From the NCBI GenBank assembly GCA_032128115.1, contig JAQBHB010000024.1:1-27084 (forward strand): a stretch of 27,084 bases of DNA. Reading direction: 5' to 3'. This DNA comes from Deltaproteobacteria bacterium. Its GTDB lineage: Bacteria > Myxococcota_A > UBA9160 > SMWR01. Under the pieces are notes generated by a model. That model made no database searches. It was not told the DNA's origin and saw only the letters and a program-made list of their open reading frames with translations. Positions 7,045-15,081 of this stretch are shown here, piece after piece. How positions within the stretch are numbered: position 1 is the stretch's first letter; every line of letters begins with the position of its first letter. The position numbers and the translations under genes are program-made.

Positions 7045-9528
7045 ATGGCGCCCCCCATCGCCTTGCGTGCCCCCCTGTGTCTGCTCGCCCTGGCCCTGGC
7101 CTGCGCGTCACCCGAGGAGCGTTACCTCGAGCACATCGCGCGCGGTGAGGAGTACATCGAGAACGGTCAGGCGCGAGAGGCCCTGATCGAGTTCCGCAGT
7201 GCGCTCAAGGTGAAGCCGCGCGATGCGGAGATCAACCAAAGGATCGCCGACCTCCTGCGCAGCGAGATGGCCCTCTCCGATGCGGCCTTCTACTACCGGG
7301 AGGCCTATCGCCTGGACCCAACACGCGTCGACGCGGCCATGAACGAGGCGCGCCTGTTGCTCTTCAGCGACCCGGAACGGGCCGACGAGATCATCGCGGA
7401 AGGGCTGCAGCGCGCCCCGGACGACCCGTTGGTCCACGTGACCCGCTCGGAGCGCGCGCTCACCCGGAACGATACGGGGGAATCCCTGGCGGCGATTCTC
7501 ACCGCCGTCGAGCTCGATCGCGAGGACTCCACCATCTGGGTGCAGGTGGGTCGCGTGCACCAGGCCCGCATCCGCGAGGCCCGGCTCATCAATCGTGAGG
7601 TACCGGACGATTCGTCGTTCGAAGCCGCCATCGAAGCCTTCGAGAAAGCCGATCGGTTCGAGGAGGGCGGACACGTGGGCGCCCGGATCGAACGGGCCCG
7701 CGTGTACTCCACGTGGCGGGGCAGGATGAACGAAGCCGACGAGGCCTACCGCTTCGCCATGGAGCTCGCCCAGGAACACGGCGACGTGGAGGAGATCCTG
7801 GTGGTGGGCGCCAGCGCCGCTGAATTCGCCGAGGCCGCGCGCCGCGACGACCTCCGGCGCTGGGCGCTCTCCGAGATGGTGAACGCAGACGACAGCCAGG
7901 TGGCCACGTGGTCCCGCCTCGCCGATCTGTCCGAGAGCGGGGAGCCCGGCGCGGGCGAGGCCGTCTTCCGGGATCTGCTGGCGCGACGCCCGGACGATCC
8001 GCGGGCCCACATGCTGTACTCCGACTACCTGGTGCGAAACGACCGCGCGCCCGACGCGATCGCGCACTTGAACGCTGCCGTCGAGATCGAGATGGAATCG
8101 CCCCAGGTTCCCCTGATGTGGGAGCATCTCCTGCGAGTCCAGATCAATCACGCCGACCTGGCCGACTCGCGAGCCACCTACGTTCGGATGTTCGACGCAT
8201 TCCCGGACCATCCCCTCACCCAGCGCTCGGAAGCCCGGATCCTGCTGGCGGAAGGTCGCGCGGAAGAAGCCGCCGTGATCCTGCGCTCGGTGGTCGGACG
8301 CGACGAGAGCTACGAGAGTCAGCGCCTGATGGCATTGACCGAGTACCGCCTTGGCAATCTCAGCGCCGCCCTCGGCGCCATCGATCGGGCCCTGGCCGCT
8401 GCCAACGATTTCCGACCCGAGGCCGTGCGCCTGAAGGCCGCGATCCACCACGACGCCGAGGACTGGGGCATAACGCTTCGCGTGCTGCGCGGCCTGATCG
8501 GCCGCAACGTGGAGCTCACCCCCGACGAGCGTCTGATGCAGGCGCGCAGCCTCTACGCGCTGCGGCGGCACAAGGCCGGGCGCGAAGTGCTCGAGGCGCT
8601 GCTGGCGGCGGAGAACCCGTCCGTCGAGGCCGCCATCGAGTACGCCAAGCGCGAGTCGAATCGGCGCTCGGACAAGGCCCGGCTCTACCTGCTGAGCGCC
8701 TACGAGCAGAACCCGCGCAGCTTTGAGGTGCTCGAAGCCCTGACGCAGATCGACCTGGCTGCCGGTCGGGCCGAGCCGGCATTGGAGCGCCTGAACGAGG
8801 TGATCGCGAAGCGACGCGTGGGTCCGCAAGTCGTCCTGCTGCGCGCCAATGTGTGGGCCCAGGCGGGTGCCTACGAGCAGGCCGAGGCGGACGCCCTGCG
8901 GGCATTCGAGGCCGCACCCATGCTGCCGGGCGCCGTCGACCTGCTATTCGCCATCTACAGGGCCCAGGACAAGCTCGACGAAGCGCGCCGGTCGTTCGAG
9001 GAGGCCGAGGCAGCCGGCGTCCTGCACCTGGGAGCGCGCCAGCTTCTGGCCCGCCTCTACGTGATGTCGGGCGAGAGGGCGAAGGCGCGCGAGATCCTGG
9101 AGAAGGTGTTGGCGGACAATCCGTCCATGTCGAGTCTCAAGAACGACCTGGCCTACCTGCTGGCCGAGGACGAGGTCGATCTCGACCGGGCCCTGGAGCT
9201 GGCCAAGGACGCGCAGCGCGAGATGGGCGGCAGCGCCAACGCCGCCGACACCGTGGGGTACGTGTACTACCGCAAGCGGTTGTATGCAGCCGCACTCCAG
9301 CAGTTCCGCTACGCCATCGAGCTGTCCGGCAACGAAACGGGCGGCCGCGAGGATCCGGGCTACCACTACCACATGGGCCTGACTCTCTACGCGATGGGGC
9401 GAAACGAGCAGGCGGCGCGCTCCATGGAGCGGTCGTTGGAGATCGACTCCGAATTCACAGAAGCCGCCGATGCCCGCAGGATCCTCGAGGCCGTCAGCCC
9501 CGAGACGAACGTCGCCCGCCCCTCCTGA
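7045..9528 (+). CDS. TPR-repeat lipoprotein, PrsT-like (second copy)
   Basis: AGGAG RBS; lipobox LALALAC. N-terminal ARGEEYIENGQAREALIEFRSALKVKP and C-terminal KNDLAYLLAE...RALELAKDA...ADTVGYVYY...YHYHMGLTL. Confidence 0.87.
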   Translation: MAPPIALRAPLCLLALALACASPEERYLEHIARGEEYIENGQAREALIEFRSALKVKPRDAEINQRIADLLRSEMALSDAAFYYREAYRLDPTRVDAAMNEARLLLFSDPERADEIIAEGLQRAPDDPLVHVTRSERALTRNDTGESLAAILTAVELDREDSTIWVQVGRVHQARIREARLINREVPDDSSFEAAIEAFEKADRFEEGGHVGARIERARVYSTWRGRMNEADEAYRFAMELAQEHGDVEEILVVGASAAEFAEAARRDDLRRWALSEMVNADDSQVATWSRLADLSESGEPGAGEAVFRDLLARRPDDPRAHMLYSDYLVRNDRAPDAIAHLNAAVEIEMESPQVPLMWEHLLRVQINHADLADSRATYVRMFDAFPDHPLTQRSEARILLAEGRAEEAAVILRSVVGRDESYESQRLMALTEYRLGNLSAALGAIDRALAAANDFRPEAVRLKAAIHHDAEDWGITLRVLRGLIGRNVELTPDERLMQARSLYALRRHKAGREVLEALLAAENPSVEAAIEYAKRESNRRSDKARLYLLSAYEQNPRSFEVLEALTQIDLAAGRAEPALERLNEVIAKRRVGPQVVLLRANVWAQAGAYEQAEADALRAFEAAPMLPGAVDLLFAIYRAQDKLDEARRSFEEAEAAGVLHLGARQLLARLYVMSGERAKAREILEKVLADNPSMSSLKNDLAYLLAEDEVDLDRALELAKDAQREMGGSANAADTVGYVYYRKRLYAAALQQFRYAIELSGNETGGREDPGYHYHMGLTLYAMGRNEQAARSMERSLEIDSEFTEAADARRILEAVSPETNVARPS

Positions 9529-9532
9529 CGAC

Positions 9533-10690
9533 GTGGGAGTCGGCGCCGGGCGCCGGTGGTTCCTCCTCAGCGCGCTGGCGGCGCTGGGCCTGCACGCGCT
9601 GTTGCTGTTCGGAGTCGATGGACTCCAGGCTGGCGCCGACCTGAAGCCGCACCTGCGTCTGATCCAGGAGACGGCCCGCGAGCCGGGCCTTCACAACGTC
9701 TACGCGCCCGCCTACCACGCAATCGGTGCCGTGTTGGCTCCCGTGGTCGGGCTCGCCGTCTTCCCGCGCGTATTTGCGCTTGCGGCCGCCGCCGCCCTGA
9801 TCGCGGGCTTCCGCTTCTTCCAGCGCGCCGCCGGTCTGCCCGACGCGGCGGCGGTGCTGTTCACCTGGTCGCCGTACCTGTTCGCCCTCTCCTGGTGCGT
9901 CCCCAAGATCGAGGCCGCAGGCTACGCCCTGGCCTTCGTCGGCTTCGGGTTGCTGCTGCAGCGACGATACAAAGCCCTGGCGGGCGTGCTGGTCGCCAGC
10001 TTCTGCGTTCACACCGCCGCAGGCCTGTTCCTGGGGCTGTGTGGCGGCATCCTGGCGCTGGCCCTGCGCGACGGCCGGGCCCTCTGGGCTCTGGCCGCGG
10101 GCTCGCTGGTGTCCGCGCCGCTGTTCGCCGCCCATCTGGCCGCCGGCTGCAGCGCCGCCCAGGCGTTCCTGTTCTCCCAGGGCGACTACCTGCGCGCGGG
10201 CGCCCGAGCCGGGCTCCTGACGCGCCTGGGGACCGCAATGACATTGGCCAACCCCATCGCGGTGGCTGCGGCGCTCATGGGCGCGCGCTCCCTGTGGCGC
10301 GAGAGACGGCCGCTGGCGGTGTTGTGTCTCGCGATCGCCGGCCTGTACGCGAACGAACTGTGGCTTGCGCCCTTCGGCGCCCGCACCACGCTCGACGTGA
10401 TCCGCGGGCTCACGATCCTGGCGTTCCCGGTGGCCGTGTCGGCCGCATGCTGGCTGGCAGATCGTTCGCCGCACACCCCGGCGGTGGCGGCCGCCTGCGT
10501 CGCGTGGGCGCTGATGAGCGCATTCACCGCGGTACCGAAGTCGTGCTGGGTCGCTCCCATCGACCTGCAGGAGATCGGATCCCTGCGGGTGGAACGCTGC
10601 ACGTTCCGCTGGAAGCTCTCGCAATCGCGGCAGCCACGCGCCGGTCAGTCCACCGGGCTTCCCAGGGCCGCCAGTTCGCCGCGGATGTAG
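9533..10690 (+). CDS. Polytopic membrane protein, possible divergent GT-C glycosyltransferase
   Basis: GTG 4 nt after the previous stop; many hydrophobic segments. First loop GADLKPHLRLIQ...NVYAPAYH resembles the GT-C first-loop pattern. The 3' end overlaps the convergent gene by 46 bp. Confidence 0.7.
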   Translation: MGVGAGRRWFLLSALAALGLHALLLFGVDGLQAGADLKPHLRLIQETAREPGLHNVYAPAYHAIGAVLAPVVGLAVFPRVFALAAAAALIAGFRFFQRAAGLPDAAAVLFTWSPYLFALSWCVPKIEAAGYALAFVGFGLLLQRRYKALAGVLVASFCVHTAAGLFLGLCGGILALALRDGRALWALAAGSLVSAPLFAAHLAAGCSAAQAFLFSQGDYLRAGARAGLLTRLGTAMTLANPIAVAAALMGARSLWRERRPLAVLCLAIAGLYANELWLAPFGARTTLDVIRGLTILAFPVAVSAACWLADRSPHTPAVAAACVAWALMSAFTAVPKSCWVAPIDLQEIGSLRVERCTFRWKLSQSRQPRAGQSTGLPRAASSPRM

Positions 10691-12267
10691 GCGTCCTGGG
10701 GCCCGCCCCGGGAGAGCGCGCGGCGGAACGCCTCGATGGCGAGCCGTTGCTCGCCGCGCACGTAGTGGGCATTGGCGAGCATGGCCAGCTCGAGCTGGGT
10801 GAGGTTCTCGCGTTCCCCCAGGCTCTGGATCCAGCCGGCGGCGATCTCGCGCACGAGCGCGCGAAAGCGCGGGTGGTTGCGCACCGGCGCGAAGCCGGGA
10901 TCGGTCGCCAACTGCTCGAAGCGGTTGTAGCCCCGGTCCATCGCCGCTCTCACCCCCGCCACGCTGCCGTCCACGTCCCCCAGCTGGGCGGCGCGCTTGG
11001 CGCGCAGCAGATTGGCCGACACGCCGTCGGGATAGTGGAGTGCCGAGTCGGCCACGACGGCGGCGGCCGAGCGCCAGATCCGGGCCCGCTGGTAGCTGCG
11101 TTCCGCAAGGACCGCGAGCGCGATCAAGCCAATCGCGGCCCCGATGCGCGGCCACGGAAGCCCCCGTTTTGCAGCGAAATCGGGAAGCAAATCGGGAAGC
11201 GTCGGGCGATCGAGCCCCTCGCGCGCCGCCAACAGGACGCCACCGATCAGGCCCGGAAGGATGAAATACAGATAGCGGTCGGCCAGCGGATACAGGAACG
11301 GGAATACCTGCGAGATCGGCGCGTACGAAACCACGGCCCACGCCCAGAACGCGGCCTCCACGCGCCGATGGCGCAGGGTCACCACCAGGCGCCAGACCAG
11401 CAGCCCGAGCACGGGGATGGAAACGAGCCACCAGGGATCCAGAGCCGAGTAGGCCGGCTCGGGCTCGTGAAACGCCGAGACCCCATACGACGTGGCCGCC
11501 ATCACCAGATAGCGAAGCGCCAGGGCCATCAGCGTGCGCACCAGGACGCTGGGGGTCTCGTAGAGCATCGCTTCGGCGGCGCCCGAGCGCTGATGGGCGG
11601 CGAACTCGACCGCCGCATACACCAACAACACTCCCGCCATGGCGCCAAACCACTTCCAGCGCGGCGGCCCCGGCCCGTCGGCCCACTCGAACAAGAACGC
11701 CACCGGTAGCACGAAGGCGGCCGTGGGCTTCGCGAACAGGGCCAACACGAACAAGGCCGTGGCCCAGCCGGGACGGCGGGGCATGGCCAGCAGAGCCGCC
11801 AGCGAGAGCACCAGCGACGAGCTGCTCTTGAGCTGGGAGATCCACGCCACCGCCTCCACGTTCGCGGGGTGGAGCAGAAAGCAGGCGCCGCCCAGGATCG
11901 ATGCCGCGCGCGGAATCCCCGAGCGCGCAAGCAACAGCACCAGCAGGAGCGACGCCAGCGCGTGCAGCCCCACGTTGAACAGGTGGTGGCCGAACGTCTC
12001 GGGCCCGAAGGCCTGCCAGGCCAGTGTGTGCAGGAACAAATGGACCGGCGTGTAGTTGACCACGGCCGAAGTGGCCTGGCCCGTGGGGTCCAGCTGGGCC
12101 AGCACGTTCTCGAGGCTCAACTCGTGGACGAAGGCGTTGTTCGCCACGTAGTGCAGGTCGTCGGAGATGAACGGCCCCTTCATGGCCGGGCTGTAGACGA
12201 CGAGGGCGGTTGCGAGGAACGCGGTGAGCAGGAGGGCCTGCTGCCCGCGGGAGATCCGGGCGATCAC
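10645..12267 (-). CDS. TMTC-like GT-C glycosyltransferase with C-terminal TPRs (paralog B)
   Basis: Motifs FISDDLHYVANN, NYTPVH, GHHLFNVGLH, HPANVEAVAWISQLK, LADRYLYF, RARIWRS, then a TPR tail. The GTG start overlaps the upstream TGA (GTGA). Confidence 0.85.
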   Translation of the reverse strand: MIARISRGQQALLLTAFLATALVVYSPAMKGPFISDDLHYVANNAFVHELSLENVLAQLDPTGQATSAVVNYTPVHLFLHTLAWQAFGPETFGHHLFNVGLHALASLLLVLLLARSGIPRAASILGGACFLLHPANVEAVAWISQLKSSSSLVLSLAALLAMPRRPGWATALFVLALFAKPTAAFVLPVAFLFEWADGPGPPRWKWFGAMAGVLLVYAAVEFAAHQRSGAAEAMLYETPSVLVRTLMALALRYLVMAATSYGVSAFHEPEPAYSALDPWWLVSIPVLGLLVWRLVVTLRHRRVEAAFWAWAVVSYAPISQVFPFLYPLADRYLYFILPGLIGGVLLAAREGLDRPTLPDLLPDFAAKRGLPWPRIGAAIGLIALAVLAERSYQRARIWRSAAAVVADSALHYPDGVSANLLRAKRAAQLGDVDGSVAGVRAAMDRGYNRFEQLATDPGFAPVRNHPRFRALVREIAAGWIQSLGERENLTQLELAMLANAHYVRGEQRLAIEAFRRALSRGGPQDAYIRGELAALGSPVD

Positions 12268-13976
12268 CGATTTGGATCCACGCGCAGCATCTGGATGCGG
12301 GCGTTCTCGAGTTCTCCGCGCAACTGGTCGTCCATGGGGCCGACGGCTGCGAGTGCGCGCTCGTAGGCCGCAATCGCCTCGGGATACTCCTGGCGCACCA
12401 GGTGCGCGTGGCCCACCATGCGCAGATCCGCCTGGGTGTCGGCGCCGCGTTCCCGGGCGCGATCGATCCACTGCTGCGCCATCCAGTTCGAGAACTCCCG
12501 GTAGGCGCGCTGATTGCGGATGGGCGCGAAGGCCGGGTCGTTCAGCACCGACGTGAAATTGTCCATGCCGGTAACGACCGCGGCGCGCAGCTCCGCCACG
12601 GCGGTGTCCACGTCGCCGATCTGGGCCGCCCCACGGGCGCGCAGGTAGTGGGCCGACCCCCCCTCCGGGTAGTGAACGGCGGCGTCCACCAGCAACAGCG
12701 CCTCGTTGCGCCACAGCTTCGAACGCTGCGACGTCTGCCATGCCCAGTGCCCACACGCCAGCAGAATCAGGGCGAGCCCTGCCACTGCGAACCGTCGCAG
12801 CCGTTCGGGGGAGGCCAGGCCGCGCGCCTCGGCCCACTTCAGGAGGTCGAGCGCCGCCAACAGCGTGCCACCGATCAGTCCCGGCAAGATGAAGTAGAGG
12901 TAGCGGTCGGCCACCGGGTGGAGGAACGGGAAGATCTGGGAGATCGGGAAGAACGCGGCGGCCGCCAGCAGCCACCAGCCGGCCTCTTCGCTGCGGGCGC
13001 GAAGGGTCGCGAACAGACGCCAGCCCAGCAGGGCGCCGGGGACCCACGCCGCAAGCCACCACGGATCGAACCACGAGAGGGCCAGTCGGGGCTCCTGGAA
13101 GGCCGATACGCCGTAGCCGGTGAAGGCCATCACCAGGTAGCGCTGGCCCACGGCCGCGATGCTGCGAAGGTGGACCCAGGAATCGTCGTAGGCCGGAACG
13201 TGCACCGCCCCCATGTAGGCGAAGGAGGCTACCTGGGGGATCGAGTACAGACCCAACAGCGCCGCCCAGACACCCAGCCAGATCCAATGGCGGCGCGAGC
13301 CGCTCGGTCCGCCGGCGCGGGCCCAGGTGAAGGCCGCCGCGGCCGGGAGCGCGGCCGCCGCCGAGGCCTTGGTGAGCAGCGCCGCCACGAAGAAGAGGGC
13401 CGCAACGCCCGGAAAGCGGCGCAGGGCCAACAGGGCGCAGAGGGACAGCGCCAGCGCTCCGTTGGTCTTGAGCTGGGAGATCCAGGCCACGGCCTCCACG
13501 TTGCCCGGATGCACCGCGAACCACAGGCCCCCCACCAGGGCCCCGCTGGCGGGCACGCCGCTGGCCAGCAGCAGGGCCACCAGCAGCACCGTATTCGCCG
13601 CGTGCACCAGCAGATTCACCAGGTGGTAGCCGAGCACGTCGTTGGCGAAGATCTCGCGTTCAAGCGCGGTGGCCAGCAGGTGCACCGGGGCGTAGTTGGC
13701 GGTGTAGAACTTCGCGGGGCCGCCCGGATCGAGGATCGCCACCACGTTCTCCCGGCTCAGGTCGCTGGTGAACGAATTGGTGACGATGTAGCCGTAGTCG
13801 TCTGACAGGAATGCGCCGTCCAGGGCGGGCCGGTAGAGAAGGATGCACGAGACCGCAACCAACGCGAAGAGCAGCACGGGCCACGCCGCCGGCCAGGTGG
13901 GGGGGGCAAGGCCGGGCCTGCGGCCGGCGCCGCTCGGCTCGGAGGCCGGCTCGGATCGCTCTCCCTCGGACGTCAC
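12264..13976 (-). CDS. TMTC-like GT-C glycosyltransferase with C-terminal TPRs (paralog A)
   Basis: Motifs FLSDDYGYIVTN, NYAPVH, GYHLVNLLVH, HPGNVEAVAWISQLK, VADRYLYF, RSKLWRNE, then a TPR tail. GTG start at 13976 is inferred. Confidence 0.85.
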   Translation of the reverse strand: MTSEGERSEPASEPSGAGRRPGLAPPTWPAAWPVLLFALVAVSCILLYRPALDGAFLSDDYGYIVTNSFTSDLSRENVVAILDPGGPAKFYTANYAPVHLLATALEREIFANDVLGYHLVNLLVHAANTVLLVALLLASGVPASGALVGGLWFAVHPGNVEAVAWISQLKTNGALALSLCALLALRRFPGVAALFFVAALLTKASAAAALPAAAAFTWARAGGPSGSRRHWIWLGVWAALLGLYSIPQVASFAYMGAVHVPAYDDSWVHLRSIAAVGQRYLVMAFTGYGVSAFQEPRLALSWFDPWWLAAWVPGALLGWRLFATLRARSEEAGWWLLAAAAFFPISQIFPFLHPVADRYLYFILPGLIGGTLLAALDLLKWAEARGLASPERLRRFAVAGLALILLACGHWAWQTSQRSKLWRNEALLLVDAAVHYPEGGSAHYLRARGAAQIGDVDTAVAELRAAVVTGMDNFTSVLNDPAFAPIRNQRAYREFSNWMAQQWIDRARERGADTQADLRMVGHAHLVRQEYPEAIAAYERALAAVGPMDDQLRGELENARIQMLRVDPNR

Positions 13977-13983
13977 GCGGCCG

Positions 13984-13992
13984 ATTCTACCA
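13984..13992 (-). promoter_or_regulatory. extended -10 element, probable leaderless promoter of TMTC paralog A
   Basis: Minus strand TG-G-TAGAAT, then 7 nt, then GTG (13976); no SD sequence. Confidence 0.5.
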
Positions 13993-14016
13993 ATCCACCC
14001 GCGTCTTCCGCGCAAC

Positions 14017-15081
14017 GTGGCGATCGGGCTGGTGCTTGCGGTGTTCGCCTGCGCCGAGGCACCCCGGTCCGGCAACGTCTCCGATGGCGTGGTCTTCGTG
14101 CAGACGAACGAGGGCCGCACCGATCTGGCCCAGGGGCGGATTGCGGACGGCCAGGTGCGCGCCCTGACCGACACCCCCGACCGCCAGGAGAGCTGGCCCT
14201 ACTGGTCCCCGCGCGGCCAGCGTCTGGTCTTCCAGATCGCCAACGCGGGCGGCGAAACGTCGACCTCCGACCTGGTGCTCTGGGACCCGAAGACCCGCTC
14301 CGAGACCCCCCTGGTGGCTACCTCGGGGCGCGATGCAGGCTGGCCCACCTGGTCGCCGGACGGCCAGCGCGTGGCCTTCGCCTTTCGCGGCGGGCGCCCC
14401 CCGGCGGGCCTGGGCATCGTCGAGCTCGCGACCGGGAAGCTGACGGTGGTGGCAGCGAGCCGGGCGCGCGAGCAATTCCTGCGGCCACACTTCTCACCGG
14501 ACGGCAACCAGCTCGTGGCCCAACGCCGAGGTGCTGCGGGCGCGGGCTCGAAGCTCTGGGTCGTTGCGCGGGGAGCCGAGCCGCGCCCCCTGACCCTCGA
14601 CCCGAGCTGGTTCGACCTGAAGGCCTGGTTCACCCGCGACGGCTCACACCTGCTGTTCTCGCGGCGGCCCGCGTCGGGCGGCAGCCACGACATCGCGCGA
14701 GTCAAGGCCGACGGCTCGGATCTGCAGGTACTCGCCAGCCAGCCCGACGCCGACGATCACTCGGCGCGGCCCTCTCCCGTGGGCGACGAGTTCGCATTCG
14801 TCTCGGATCGGAGCGGAAACTACGAAGTGTATCTGGCGGACGCGTCGGGCAGCGATGTCCGCCGGCTGACCCACACCCCCGACCACAACGAGTTCGCTCC
14901 AAGCTGGTCGCCCGACGGCCAACGCCTCCTGGTCGTCGTCATGGACAAACGCCTGGGAGCGCCGCGCCTGGTGGAACCCGAGAACCTCGCTCACCTGACC
15001 ATCCGGGTGCTCGATCGCCACGGGAGCAGCCTGTTCGAAGCGCCGGGCTACAACCCGGACTGGATGCCGCCTTGGCCCTGA
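14017..15081 (+). CDS. TolB-like / PD40 beta-propeller lipoprotein
   Basis: Lipobox AVFAC. Repeats PYWSPRG, PTWSPDG, PHFSPDG, AWFTRDG, PSPVGD, PSWSPDG, plus FVSDRSGNYEVY. Start approximate. Confidence 0.82.
   Translation: MAIGLVLAVFACAEAPRSGNVSDGVVFVQTNEGRTDLAQGRIADGQVRALTDTPDRQESWPYWSPRGQRLVFQIANAGGETSTSDLVLWDPKTRSETPLVATSGRDAGWPTWSPDGQRVAFAFRGGRPPAGLGIVELATGKLTVVAASRAREQFLRPHFSPDGNQLVAQRRGAAGAGSKLWVVARGAEPRPLTLDPSWFDLKAWFTRDGSHLLFSRRPASGGSHDIARVKADGSDLQVLASQPDADDHSARPSPVGDEFAFVSDRSGNYEVYLADASGSDVRRLTHTPDHNEFAPSWSPDGQRLLVVVMDKRLGAPRLVEPENLAHLTIRVLDRHGSSLFEAPGYNPDWMPPWP

Noticed and set aside
10645..13524. 959-aa ORF suggesting a long N-terminal extension or frameshift fusion of TMTC paralog B
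   Set aside because: The first 419 codons are an off-frame read of paralog A; the GTGA overlap at 12264-12267 gives a normal coupled start.
14017..15081. Assigning the symbol tolB
   Set aside because: No TolB N-terminal domain and no tol-pal context.
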